From: Octopus vulgaris
Taxonomy: Eukaryota
NCBI GenBank assembly: GCA_951406725.2
Contig: OX597818.1
Coordinates: forward strand, 48,546,001-48,610,000
Direction of reading: 5' to 3'
Length of the DNA: 64,000 bases
The notes below the pieces were generated by a model that made no database searches, had not been told where the DNA came from, and saw only the letters and a list, made by a program, of their open reading frames with translations. This document shows positions 1-13,076 of the stretch, piece by piece. Each line of letters starts with the position of its first letter. Positions within the stretch are counted from its first letter, which is position 1. The position numbers and the translations under genes were made by a program.

Positions 1-316
1 CCTGGGCTATGGTAGGATATAATTTGAGGGAATATTGGCTGCTCTATCTAGCAGATTGAATGATCACGATCACATAGAAGACTCCTTTTGACTCAATCTG
101 AACTTGATTGATCTATAATTGCTTCAGTTTCAATGACATTAAGGAATTGTATTGGTTTTAATTTTCTAAATTTGTAGGCTTTTATCAATAATCAATTTTT
201 ACCTTTTAGGAATGTAATATTGGCCTAATTATTCAGACATCTTATTTGATTTCATTAACAAAAGAAGTAACATTTTAAACCCATCTTTACTTTTGTAAAT
301 TGTATGGTTTAAAACA

Positions 317-352
317 AGCAAATTGTATGGTTTTAAAACCATACAATTTGCT
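317..352. repeat. Perfect 36-bp palindrome with an adjacent partial direct copy
   Basis: agcaaattgtatggtttt|aaaaccatacaatttgct; preceded by aaattgtatggtttaaaac at 297-315. Confidence 0.9.
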
Positions 353-437
353 GGAGGTTATTGTCCAGTGATAAAAGCTTTCAATAAAAAAAAAAACTTC
401 AAGCAGTTTGTATGAATGTTGGTATCATCATTTTACA

Positions 438-651
438 TTAAGCCTTCAACAATTTACATTATTCTATGAAAACTAATGCTTATTTATTCACATTGTTTTG
501 AATTAATCATGCATTATCTTGTAGCTTTGACATTTTAATGAAGGGACTTCATTTTCTTAATTATATTGTAAGGTTAGTGTGAGAGGCCACATCTGGCCAG
601 CTCAAACATAAAACAGGTAGAATATTTTGGCCAGCTATGCTGAAAAGTTAA
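438..651. mobile_element. Degraded piggyBac-type MITE (family P2)
   Basis: Internal sequence matches 38705-38924 (tgaattaatcatgcattat, ggccag...aaacataaaacaggtagaatat); ttaa at both ends, TIRs decayed. Confidence 0.6.
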
Positions 652-859
652 TGAAAGAGAAGCTAAGATAAATTCGTATTTATGAGTGACATTTGGCTAC
701 CCAACCTAACTTAGGTGATTTATAAAGAAATCTTCAAGTGATGTATTTCACAATACCATTGTTGTCTCTTGGCTTTGGTAGGTCCTCTGTTTCATGTTAT
801 GTCTCTGACAATACCATCAATGTAGTTGAGTGGTCTTTAACCTGTCTTGGGATCTTTTA

Positions 860-1260
860 TCTTTTACTTGTTTCAGTCAGTAGACTGTGACCATACTGGG
901 CCTCTGACTTGAAAAATATTTAGTCAAATGAATCAACTGCACCGCTTATCTTTTTAAGCTTGACATTTATTCTATTAGTCTCTTTTGCTGAACTGCTAAG
1001 TTACCGGGGCATAAACTCACTAACTCTGGTTTTCAAGTGGTGATGGAGGACAGACACACGCACAAAGACATACATAAATATATATATATATAGATCTACA
1101 ATGGCTTCTTTTCAGTTTCCATCTACCAAATCCACTCACAAGGCTTTGGTTGACCCGAGGCTAGAGTAGAAAACATTGTCCAAGGTGTCATGCAGTGAGA
1201 CTGAACCCGGAACCTTGTGGTTGGGAAGCAAACTTCTTACTACATGGCCTCACCTGTACC
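860..1260 (-). mobile_element. tRNA-derived SINE, family A
   Basis: Reverse complement of the family-A sequence seen at 61020-61405; ends approximate. Confidence 0.85.
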
Positions 1261-1309
1261 TACCTTCTGTGGAAATATATGTGTTTAAATGTGTGTTTAT
1301 ATATATATA

Positions 1310-1835
1310 TAAACTAGCACTCCGCCAGTTACAACCTGCTCATGGAATTAACATGCAAATGGTTAAGCAACCCACAAACATGCATACTCCTTAATGTAGT
1401 TCTGTGGAAGGGTCAGTGTAATACGGAATGCGACAAAGCGGCAAGCTGGCAGAATTGTTAGCACACCGGATGAAATGCTTAGCGGTATTTCATTTGCCAC
1501 TACATTCTGAGTTCAAATTCCGTCGAGGTCGACTTTGCCTTTCATCCTTTCGGGGTTGATTAAATAAGTACCAGTTACGCATTGGGGTCGATGTAATCAA
1601 CTTAACCCCTTTGTCTGTCCTTATTTGTCCCCTCTATGTTTAGCCCCTTGTGGACAATAAAGAAATAATAATGTGACAAAGCTGACCCATTGAATTAGTA
1701 GTGCAACACATTTTTGTCAGCTGAGTGGACTGGAGCAACATGGAAGAAAGTGTCTTGCTTAAGGACACAATGTGCTGTCAGGAATTGAAATCAAAGCCTT
1801 ATGATTGTGAGCCAAATACCCTAAGCCAATACCCT
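1310..1835 (-). mobile_element. Old SINE related to family C, interrupted by a family-B SINE
   Basis: 1340-1436 resembles the + strand of 56575-56680; CORE-like gtgtccttaagcaagacac on the minus strand near 1750-1769. Confidence 0.55.
1440..1669 (+). mobile_element. tRNA-derived SINE, family B
   Basis: Head gcaagctggcagaattgttagca, B-box-like gagttcaaattcc, central gcctttcatcctttcggggt, tail aataaagaaata; TSD aatg(c/t)gacaaagc at 1427-1439 and 1670-1682. Confidence 0.9.
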
Positions 1836-1955
1836 CACACATGTGTGTGTGTGAGAGAGATTTGTACTTGTGGCAACAATCAACTGGAGTGTGGGATGAG
1901 CTGTCTCAATGAGACTTGAAGGAGCACAGCTTGGAAACATAATGAAAATATTAAG

Positions 1956-2209
1956 TAAATTATTTAACAGTGAATCTCAGAATATGATACAGCTATAAAT
2001 AATGGAATGTAGTATATTGGATTGAAAAAAAAAGTGGATGGCTGTCTGAAGGGTATGGAACTGATTTGGGAAGATCACTGAAGACTCCGTGTAGGAAGGA
2101 TAGCCGTCAACCTTTTTTTCTCCCATCAAGTTTTTTTTTTAATCCAGTATACCACACAATATTATTTATAGCTGTATCAATTTCTGAGATTCACCATTAA
2201 AATGATTTA
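1956..2209. mobile_element. Fold-back element with ~90-bp inverted arms and a possible decayed hammerhead core
   Basis: gtgaatctcagaa..tgatacagctataaataat pairs with attatttatagctgtatca..ttctgagattcac; ctgaaga at 2078-2084 in the loop. Confidence 0.6.
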
Positions 2210-2467
2210 TTTCTTATTTCTTGAATCTTCTACATTTTCATAAGATGTAAACAGAACCTAAAAAGATGAAGTTAATAGACATTTAAACCCATTTTGTTTC
2301 TCCTTATAGTAATTAATAATTATGGAGGAAAACATAATGTTGCAATTAATGCTGTTGCTTACTTTATATGCAAATTATCATACATTAATAGTTAATATTG
2401 TCTTAAAAGATTAAGAAGATAAAAAGCTACATTCAACAATAGGTCATTACATTCAAACAAAGTTTAA

Positions 2468-2687
2468 CCCTCTTGTTACTGTATTTATTTTGAGGTGCTC
2501 TGTGTTTCTTTCAATTACTTTAAATATAACAAAGAATTTAGTAAAATAACCTAGTTATCATTAAGCTAGTGTTAGGAACATAAATTGTGACTAAGGTTTG
2601 GTGGAAGATTTTGATTCAAAACTTATGAAAACAAGACATTAGTACTCAGAGCCAGAGCCGGTTTCAGTCGGGTTGGTAACAAAAGGG
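2468..2687. mobile_element. piggyBac-type MITE (family P1), uninterrupted
   Basis: TTAA TSD at 2464-2467 and 2688-2691; TIRs ccctcttgttac / gtaacaaaaggg; homologous to 60926-61540. Confidence 0.85.
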
Positions 2688-2807
2688 TTAAATTGTCCTC
2701 AGAAAATATTTCAAAAACAGCTTTGAGTCATAGAACAGAGATGCCATGATAATATTTAAGAACAATTTCATTTTTAGTAGTTTAACAAAGACAAGGATTA
2801 AAAACCC

Positions 2808-3195
2808 TTTACTCTTTTACTTGTTTCAGTCATTTGACTGCAGCCATGCTGGAGCACCGCCTTTTAGTCAAGTAAATCTACCCCAGGACTTATTCTTTGT
2901 AAGCCTAGTACTTATTCTATCGGTGTCTCTTGCTGAACTGCTAAGTGACGAGGACGTAAACACACCGGCATCGGTTGTCAAGCAATGTTGGGGGGACAAA
3001 CACAGACACATATATATATATATATACATACACATATATATGACGGGCTTCTTTCAGTTTCCGTCTACCAAATCCACTCACAAGGCTTTGGTCAGCCCGA
3101 GGCTATAGTAGAAGACACTTGCCCAAGGTGCCACGCAGTGGGACTGAACCCAGAACCATGTGGTTGGTAAGGAAGCTACTTACCACACAGCCACT
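2808..3195 (-). mobile_element. SINE family A
   Basis: Near full-length reverse match to 61020-61405 with central (TA)n. Confidence 0.9.
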
Positions 3196-3437
3196 TCTCT
3201 CCTCATTTCTTTTTTACTTTGTTTTATATCAGGCACATTAAACCCTTGTGTTCAAAACTGAAGGGGGAAAAAAGTTCTCTTTTGTGTGCTCTGCCAGTTT
3301 TAGGTTCTCATAATATATAGTCCACTCTATGTATATAAGCATGTGTGTCTGTGTGTAAAATGCCTGCATGTATAAAGAATATTTGATTATAGTATGTTTT
3401 ATGTATGTGTATACACACACATATTTATATTTATATA

Positions 3438-3595
3438 GACGCAGGTGTGGCTGTATGGCAAGAAGGTTGCTTCCTAATCACATGGTTCCAGTCTGGGTTC
3501 AGTCCCATTGCGTGGCACCTTGGGCATCTTCTACTCTAGCCTTGGGTCGACTAAAGCCTTATGAGAGGATTTGGTAGGCAGAAACTGAAAGAAGC

Positions 3596-3674
<79 letters not shown>

Positions 3675-3878
3675 CCTTGTGTCTGCGTTTGTCCTCTACC
3701 ACTTGGCAACTAGTGTTGGTGTGTTTATGACCCCATAACTTAGTGGTTCGGCAAAAGAAATTGATAGAATAAGTATCAGGCTTCAAACAAAAAAAAAACA
3801 GTACTGGAGTTGATTTATTCGACTAAAAATTCTTCAAAGTAGTACCCCAGCATGGCCACAGTCTAATGACTGAAGCAA
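3438..3878 (+). mobile_element. SINE family A
   Basis: gcaggtgtggctgtatgg head, expanded central (TA)n(TG)n, cagcatggccacagtctaatgactgaa tail. Confidence 0.85.
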
Positions 3879-3896
3879 TTTAAAAAGTTATATATA

Positions 3897-4251
3897 GGCA
3901 CAGGAGTGGCTGTGTGGTAAGTAGCTTGCTTACTAACCACATGGTCTTGGGTTCAGTCCCACTGCGTGACACCTAGGGTAAGTGTCTTCTATTATATCCT
4001 TGGGCTGATCAAAGCCTTGTAAGTGGATTTGGTAGGCAGAAACCGAAAGAATAAATATGTGTTTGTATGTCTGTATTTGTCACCCCACCCCCATCGCTTG
4101 ACAACTGATGGTGGTGTGTTTACATTCCTGTAACTTAGCAGCCCGGCAAGAGAGACCGATAGCACAAGTGCTAGGCTTACACAGAATAAGTTCCTGGGTC
4201 TATTTGTTCGACTAAAGGCAGTGCTCCAGCATGGCTGAAACAAATAAAAGA
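3897..4251 (+). mobile_element. SINE family A
   Basis: ggcacaggagtggctgtgtggtaag head directly after the previous copy; tail lacks the cagtc-gactg hairpin. Confidence 0.85.
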
Positions 4252-4315
4252 ATATATTTATTTATACATACAGTAGTACCTCCGTTTTTGAACACCTGAT
4301 CATGAATAAATCGGG

Positions 4316-4369
<54 letters not shown>

Positions 4370-4496
4370 AAATCTCAGGGTATCAAAAAAAATTTAGAAA
4401 AATTTCTTTGGTACTAGTGGTCTAGTGAGAAGAAACTAGTGAATAGACTATATATTATTCATATAAAAATATAAAAAAATATAAATGTACACTGTA

Positions 4497-4532
<36 letters not shown>

Positions 4533-6475
4533 AAGAGCATGATTTATGTATATGTATATATGATGTAGAATGAGGCCTATCTAAGGGAGTTGCTGACTTT
4601 TAATAGTGAGAAAACAAATCTAATCTTAACTTCTAAAATAGATTTATTTTTCATTTAAAGTTATATGGAAGTAGACAGCCTTGGTTGAATTTTCATATTT
4701 CGGTTGTGAAATCTTCAGCTTTTCATGTGACATACATACATAGAGAGATGAGGAAACCTGTTGCTTGAAATTCCTTTCCTTTCTCTATAGATAATGTATT
4801 TAATATCTCCTGACTCCATATTAGAAAGGAAGAAGTGAAAATGGTAATTATTATCATTAAATCATTTGAACAATGTATGACCTTATCTGGTGAGGAAACA
4901 GCCAAATTTCAGACTATGGAAGCTGAGATGCCAGGACGGCCCAGTCCTCTAATAACATAAGACAAACTGCCTGTCCCTCTCATGTCATAAGATAATTTCA
5001 TAAAATAGCTTTTACAAAAGCAATGAATATAATATAATTTTTATAAAAATAATAATAATAAATTACTAGAACATGAAGATACCTGGAGACTACAATATAT
5101 GTATTTATAATTAAGTAGGCATTTCTGTTGCTATTCATTCTATACTTCTTCCATGGCACACTAGCCATTTCTCTGTGTGTTGTAAGTAAAAGGTCAAACA
5201 AAATGTGCTAGAATTATTTTAGTTTCTCACTTCCTTTTTTATTTTTTTTTTTCCTCCTGACTTTAAAAAGTAACAACGCTGGAAATTAATTCACATAGCT
5301 AATAACCAAAGAAAATTAATGGTTGTATATCCTTCTACAGATGTTACATAACTTAGCTTCATATCAAAGCCTCTTAACAGAATGTACACTATCACCAACT
5401 TATTTACCATTCTGCCTTCTTTCCCCCTTTTCTCTGTGGCTGTCTCTTCTACTTCAGACTGTTATATGCCTTTCTTCTTTTTCTTTTCTCTATTTCTCAT
5501 CCCTTCTCTTTCTCCTTTAGCCGTCTCTTTCCTAGAATTATAATGTATTGTACTGCTTAAGTTACTGCTATGTAGTTGTTATTAATATTAATGTTATGTT
5601 GTGTGCCACACTATTAGTGGTGGTAGCTTCTCTGATAAGAGGGGAAAAGTCTTATCTCAAAACATACTGGTGCTGGTGGTAGGACAGTATAATGGTAGAA
5701 GAGATTGAAATAAATGGATAAGCTGGTACATACATACAAAAAAAAAAAAAAAAGAAGCGCTCATAAGAGAATTAAGTATTGGTGAGATAGTTATAAATGA
5801 GAGAGAAGGAAGAGTTGAGAAGGTGAGAGAGAGAGAGAGAGAGGGGTGGGTGGACAATAACAGTGTAGAAGCTTGATGTAAGTAGAAATGAAATCCCAGC
5901 AGCATCAGTAGGTCAGTGACAACAACTTTCTGATGAATCATTTCCTTTTAAAACTCTTCTCTCTTGGAATCTCAGCACCCTAACCTATTTATTCACCAGG
6001 AATAAATATCTAGATAGGACAAAAGCACCACTGTATGGGCTGCCTTTGCTTGTCTGTCAGAGCCAGCTAGCTAACCAATTTCAGAATATCAAATTAGTAG
6101 AACACACTGTAAATTTTATGCCTAATTCAGTCATCCTAAAAACGGTTTAAATAATGTTTGTCTTTAAATTTATCATATAGGCAGTAGTCTCTATTACTGT
6201 TTTGTTTCGGGTTTTTTTTTTTCCAACTTTTTATTTGTGTTAATGATTTCACCTTAAGAATCGGTGTTGGTGTGTTTACGTCCCTATCACTTAGTGGTTT
6301 GGCAAAAGAGACCAATAGAATAAAGTACCAGGCTTAAAACAAACAAACAAAAAAAACAATAAGTTCTGGAGTTGATTCATTCAACTAAAAATTCTTTAAG
6401 GTGGTGCCCCAGCATGGCCGCAGTCTACTAACTGAAACAAATAAAAGATAAACAAGATGACAGTTATAATAAATA

Positions 6476-6867
6476 CTAGCAGTATCACCCGGCGTTGCTC
6501 GGGTTTGTTTCGACCCTTTAGAATTGGAATTTTTGAAAAGTAAAAATTTTGCTTTATGTAGCTTGTTATTCTCTTTAAGTGAACATTTTTCTGGTTGAAA
6601 TATACCGAAAAATGGCGACACAGCAGTAAAAAAATCGTAAAAAATAGGGATTTTCATAGAAAAAAAGCACCTTTTTGATGTAAATAATTTTTGGTCTTAA
6701 CATGGTCCGATTTGAATTTTATCTTCTACGGAATGAAGAGCAAGCCTTCTTCTATCATACTCTCAATTTTGGTCAACTTGCGCCGCAGGGTCTCAGAGGA
6801 GATAGTGTTAGTTGAAGGCTACCAAACCTGCTATACACAGACAACTTCAGCTTTATATATAGAGAGA
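6476..6867 (-). mobile_element. Non-autonomous Helitron (family H1)
   Basis: Reverse complement of 10008-10408; 5' TC, 3' CTAG, subterminal cccg..cggg hairpin, A|T insertion, no TSD. Confidence 0.85.
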
Positions 6868-7562
6868 TAACTACTGAGACCAATACCATTACACTTTCTA
6901 GTTTTTTATTGAACTCAGCAAAAATAGTATTTACTATACATAATATTAGTTACTCTTTTTTTTTACTTGTTCCATAGTTTTAAAAATGCATTAGAATATA
7001 TTCAGCCTATCACTGTTTTTTGCAAAACCTGTTGTGACTTCTTGTGGTACCCTGATTGAGAAAGACTTACAATGTCAGTTGTATTATCATCATATTTCCA
7101 ATGGCCGGACAGTTTTCACAGAAGACTGGAAATGAATGGCACCACTTTTGTGATACTGCTGCTCATTTATGATCATCACGTCATGTCAAGACAAGGGCAC
7201 ACACACACATCATTGGGCTTCTTTCAGCTTCCGTTGAGCAGGTCCCTCACAAAGCTTTGGTCAACCTAGGGCTATAGCAGAAGGTACTACTTGCTCAAGG
7301 TGCCATGCATTGAGATTGAACTTACGACTGAAAGGGTGGGAAGCAGTCTTCTCAACTGCACAGCCACACCTGCACTTATGAATGTACCCAAAACTGTGTA
7401 GGAGTAGAAGGCAACTTGTTGATGACAACTCTTTTGTAATGTAAGTGGCTGCAAGGCTGGTTTGTAGTGAAGTCATTTGGTCACTTTCATTTTTCACTTC
7501 CTCGCTTGATGTAAAAATAAATATTATGCAGAAATATTATGCACTTATACCATGTTCTCTTT

Positions 7563-7955
7563 TATTCTTTTACTTGTTTCAGTCCTTTGATTATGGCCAT
7601 GCTGGGGCACTACTTAGGAGTTTTTTTTTTTTTAGTGGAATGAATTGACTCCAGTACTTATTTATTTACTTGTTTATTTCTGAAGCCTGGTACTTATTTT
7701 ATTGGTCTCTTTGCTGAACTGCTAAGTTATGGGGAAGTAAACACACCAACATTGATTGCCAAGCAGTGGTAGGGACAAACACACAAACACACACATGATG
7801 GGCTTCTTTCAGTTTCCATCTACCAAATTCATTTGCATGGCTTTGGTCAGACTGAGGCTATAGTAGAAGGCACTTGCCCAAGGTGACATGTAGTGGGACT
7901 GAACCTGGAACCATGTGGTTGGGAAGTAAATTTCTTATCACACAGCCATGCTTGT
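7563..7955 (-). mobile_element. SINE family A
   Basis: Reverse match to family A along its full length. Confidence 0.85.
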
Positions 7956-10007
7956 GTAAATTTGTTGTTTTATTCTCCATGCTTATTACCAAAGTCCCAA
8001 GTTTGTAATGTTACCATCAATAATGTATGTCTTATCTGAGTGTGTGTATATACATGTTTATATATATAAACATGTATATCATTATTGATGAAATGATTTA
8101 TCTGTTGTATACATTATGTATGTGTGAATACACATGCACCACACATACACACACACATGTCTGTGTATGTATATTTGTATTTGTATATGCGTAAATTTTT
8201 TTTATATGCTGTTTGTATACATTTTTGGTCAGTTTTTCCCCTTAACCATGCCCTTCTCTTCCATTTGGCTATATCATCTCATAATCTTGGAACTTGTCTG
8301 AGTGACCTCCTCTGATCTCTTTGGATATTATTTGACTACTGCATGGGTCCATTAGTTATCTGAGAGTCTCACCACATGTGTGGTCCAGCATATCTTGTAC
8401 ATTCAGTATGACACAATCACATCATTCACTCCACTCCACCTGTGTGTGTGTGCATGTGTGTAAATACAGGTGCATAGATAGACACACATATTCATACATA
8501 AACATTTATAAATACATACATGTACAGAAATACATGTACACTTTGTTAGTACCCAATACACCCTTCCGTCATCCTTGCTGTGCCTCCAGCCATCACTTTA
8601 CTCCTCCTCCCCATCCTCCAACCACTTATTATTATCCTGTCATTCTCAACTACTATCATTATTTGATCTTTCCTCTGTGCTAACAAACATGTAGCTTCCA
8701 CCACTGTGTCTCTTCCATTTCTCCTTACCATTACTATCTCCTCTCATACTCCTTCCTACTACTTTTCCTTTAACAACCCTGTTCTCTTCATCAGTTCAAC
8801 CTGGTTCTTCTCTCCTTCACTCTCTCTTTCTCCTGTTGGCTCTGTTGGGCATTTTGCCTTGAATGCGCAGAAATGCAGTTTGACCACTGAGGACACTTTG
8901 ACTTTGGCAGGCACAAGGCCATAGTGTAGATCTTGTGATAAAATCTATCCAGTGCACTCTGTAAAGTGGATGGCAGATGAGTAGGGACAAGGTAGGTTCA
9001 AGTGACCCTATGATCTGGTTGGGGGCATAACAACCTCTTTGGTGTCATGATAAAATGCACTTAGTACATTGGTGTTAAGACGATTCACCCATAGCATTTA
9101 TGTGATGTATAAGTAAAACATAATCCCTTGATCCATCTAGGTGGGCAGGATCTCTGAATAAGAACTGACTCGGAATATAACAATCTGTCCATTCCATGCT
9201 ATCATGGGAAATGGACATAAAAATGATGATGATTATAATAATAGATTGAAAAGGTTGCAAGACGCAATGAAAATTTTAGGAAAATGAAAATAAGAAAAAA
9301 GTGGAAATTTTACCGGTGAGTGTGTTATATTATAAGGCACAAAAAGAAAATGACTCTCCCCAGACAACAGAATATGCTTCAACACACGAACTCATAAAGA
9401 ATCTTGCAAACCAAATCCCAAAACGAAAGATTATAATAAACATATTGAGTAAAAAAAAAACATGCAAATTGCACTCATAATCTACTTGAAGATTAAAAAT
9501 CAAGTTGCCAGTGTTATGAAGTAATCATTTCTCATAATTATTTTCAAAAAAAAAAAAAAAGAACATTTTATATATTATATACAAAGAGTGTATTATAGAA
9601 GTCAAAACTTTGCTCTTCATTCCCCCCATTTCCTGTGAACCTATCTCCTTAGAGATTGTTTTTTGTCTGTAGTTGGTAAAGCCTTAAATTGTAACAACAG
9701 AAGTTTGCATTGTATAGGGTTTTTTTTTTTCTCAACTAGGCAAGTTACTGAAGACAGAGCTATTATTAAAAGCTCTAGGATAATCTGTAGTTTTTTCTTA
9801 TGTTTCAAGCTAGAGATTTTTAGCATGTGTGTGTTTTAAGTTGGTTATAACAGGTAAATAATTTCCATTCAAATATTCTTTGGCTTCATGGAACATCAAG
9901 ACCTGCAAATTTCCTGCAAATATTGTAGAACTGTTAGCCATATTTCTGAGTTCAAATCTTAACCACCAGTCAAGTATTTTTTTTTTATATTCACATAAAG
10001 CATGCAA

Positions 10008-10408
10008 TCTATATATATAAAGCTGAAGTTGTCTGTGTATGGCAGGTTTGGTAGCCTTCAACTAACACTATCTCCTCCGAGACCCTGCAGCACAAGTTGA
10101 CCAAAATTGAGAGTATGATAGAAGAAGGAAGACTTACTCTTCATTCCGTAGATGAAAAAATTCAAATTGGACCATGTTAAGACCAAAAATTATTTACATC
10201 AAAAAGGTGATTTTTTTTCTATGAAAATCCCTATTTTTAATAATTTTTTGACTGCTGTATCACCATTTTTCGGTGTATTTCAACCAGAAAAATGTTCACT
10301 TAAAGAGAATAACAAGCTACATAATGCAAAATTTTTACTTTTCAAAAATTCCAATTCTAAAGGGTCGAAAAGAAAACAAACCCGAGCAACGCCGGGCAAT
10401 ACTGCTAG
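10008..10408 (+). mobile_element. Non-autonomous Helitron (family H1)
   Basis: a|TCtatatatataaagctg ... cccgagcaacgccggg (10381-10396) caatactgCTAG|t; second copy at 6476-6867. Confidence 0.85.
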
Positions 10409-11152
10409 TTATGATATAAGAGAAGATAAAAATATTCAAATTGGGTTTTAAAGAAATTTCATCACAAATTGATTGTTAAGATTTGACATTATAAACATCA
10501 ATTTGAGACAGAGAACAAAAGAGCAACTCTTGATGCTCTGCAATGGAATTATTCCTGTAGTCACCTGGCATGCAATGTATACATGGATCATGTTCTGTTA
10601 GTGAGCTTTTTGCTCAATGTTGCATCTTAAATCATCTTAAATTGGTCGTTAAAATGTCTGATATCAGTTTTAATCACTTTTGTATCAATTCTGTATCTGA
10701 CATTACATAACTTATCACCATGCTTTATAAAATGGGCTTACAGTCTTATGTTACATTGAAGTGAAACAGCAGATTCTGCGAAACTATTGCTGATTTACAT
10801 CAGCTAATAAATAAATGGAAACAGTTTACAAAGAGAGAAATTAGTTTGGTATGAGGAAGAAGAGCAAGAGCTCTGGTGTCAGATCTCTCTTCTTCCTTAT
10901 AGCAGACAGACTTATAGTTTGTAAACTGTGAACGTTACAGCAGTTTTCTATTAATTTTCTCTGGCTTTCTCAAGATCTGTGAACACAGAGTGGATTGAGA
11001 GCCAGCTGAATGCCTTAAGCACAACCCAATCTGCTGCTCTCTCTCTCTCTAACTCTTCCATTGTCTGACAATGTATTAATTGTTGAATGTGAAGTAATAC
11101 ATTAAAAATTCCAGGCCATCTTTCAAGCCAGGCCTTACAGTTATATTATTAA

Positions 11153-11371
11153 CCCTTTAGTATTTAAACCGGCCATATCTGGCCAAAATAGTTAATCTGT
11201 TTTATGTTCAAACTGACCAGATCCAGGCTCTCACACCTACCCTACAATATTATTCTACATTAAGTAATTACACCATCAAGATCTTGAAGATATGAGATAA
11301 TGCATGATTAATTCAAATCAATGGGAATCAATAAGCATTATGTTTGATAGAATAATCTGAATACTAAAGGG
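11153..11371. mobile_element. piggyBac-type MITE (family P2)
   Basis: TTAA at 11149-11152 and 11372-11375; TIRs ccctttagtatt / aatactaaaggg. Confidence 0.85.
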
Positions 11372-11707
11372 TTAAATATAACATGTTTAATAATTTAATA
11401 CAAAATAACAGTAAGTTATATAAACAAATTATCTACTTATATTCGGGGTAGTAAAATCATACAAATCTTCAACACTTTTAATTCATTTTCTAAAATTACC
11501 GCATGAGAAATCTGGAACTTAAAAAACACTTTGGTGACCCCTTTATTTGTTGCCCTTATATTTTAAATGATTAATCTAGACTGGTCTAAGCACCATGTAG
11601 CCCACTGTTTCTTAGCCATTTTTTCTTATGGACTCTTTTGATTCCAATTTTACTCAGATGGACCCTTGTAGCCATTTGATGCTTAAAAACCTGATTATAA
11701 TCATATA

Positions 11708-12113
11708 AGTGCAGGAGTGGCTGTGTGGTAAGTAGCTTGTTTACCAACCACATGGTTCCAGGTTCAGTCCCACTGCGTCGCACCTTGGGCAAGTGTCTTC
11801 TACTATAGCCTTGGGCTGACCAAACCCTTGTGAGTGGATTTGGTCGACGGAAACTGAAAGCCCATCGTATATATGTATATGTATATATATATGCATGTGT
11901 GTGTCTGTGTTTGTCCCCCTAGCATTGCTTGACAACCAATGCTAGTGTGTTGATGTCCCCGTTACTTAGCGGTTCGGCAAAAGAGACCGATAGGATAAGT
12001 ACTGGGCTTACAAAAGAATAAGTCCCGGGGTCGATTTGCTCGATTAAAGGCCGTGCCCCAGCATGGCCGCAGTCCAATGACTGAAACAAGTAAAAGAGAG
12101 AGAGAGTAAAGAG
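11708..12113 (+). mobile_element. SINE family A
   Basis: Full-length match to family A with gtaaaagag-type tail repeats. Confidence 0.9.
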
Positions 12114-12673
12114 TAACCAAATATCATTAGAAATTGTATAAATTAAATTGCTAAAATATTTTGTACATTGTAGAAGTATAATAAATTTATTGCAGATAAA
12201 TTTTAATAACAAAATCTGATATGGACCCCGGCTGAGAACCACTAATCTAACTTGTGACATCTTCCTGTCTCAGTTTCTCAGTTTTACTATGCTTCTTCTC
12301 CATTGGTTTGAACAACTGCAATTAATTATCAAGATTTGTATGTTCAGGTATCCCAGACTTTCTAAAGTTTCCAATTCTCTTTAAGCATTGCTGTTGTGTC
12401 TGTGTTCCCCTCCCACTCCAGCCATATCAATTTCAGGTTGCTTAGTAAATCTTCATCCCACACATTTGTACCTTATACTAAATTTGACAATTACTTCAGT
12501 GATTTACTCTTCTGACAGGTTAACCCAACCCACACTTTTTTTTTTAAAGCTTATAACCTTCTAGCTGTCATTCTCTCATTTTATTTTCTGTCGGAATATA
12601 TAGAAAATGTTTGCTAATGAGAAATGCCAATTGTCTCAACCTGCAATATCCTAAAACAAGAAATTGATTTTCT

Positions 12674-13076
12674 TATTTCTTTTACTACCCACAAGGGGCT
12701 ACACACAGAGGGGACAAACAAGGACAGACAAATGGATTAAGTCAATTATATAGACTCCAGTGCGTTACTGGTACTTATTTAATCGACCCTGAAAAGATGA
12801 AAGGCAAAGTCGACCTCGGTGGAATTTGAACTCAGAATGTAGCGGCAGACAAAATACCTATTTCTTTACCACCCACAAGGGGACAAACAAGGACAGACAA
12901 ATGGATTAAGTTGATTATATAGACCCCAGTGCGTAACTGGTACTTATTTAATCGACCCCGAAAGGATGAAAGGCAAAGTCGACCTCGGTGGAATTTGAAC
13001 TCAGAATGTAGCGGCAGATGAAATACCGCTAAGCATTAAGCCCGGCGTGCTAACGTTTCTGCCAGCTTGCCACCTT
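12674..13076 (-). mobile_element. SINE family B, tandem dimer
   Basis: Two head-to-tail copies (about 12674-12858 lacking the head, and 12859-13076) sharing private variants such as ttatatagac. Confidence 0.85.

Noticed and set aside
10152-10451. Duplicated ORF MKIPIF...PEKCSLKENNKLH (also 6385-6657)
   Set aside because: It lies within non-autonomous Helitron H1, runs out past the element end, and has no Rep or helicase motifs.
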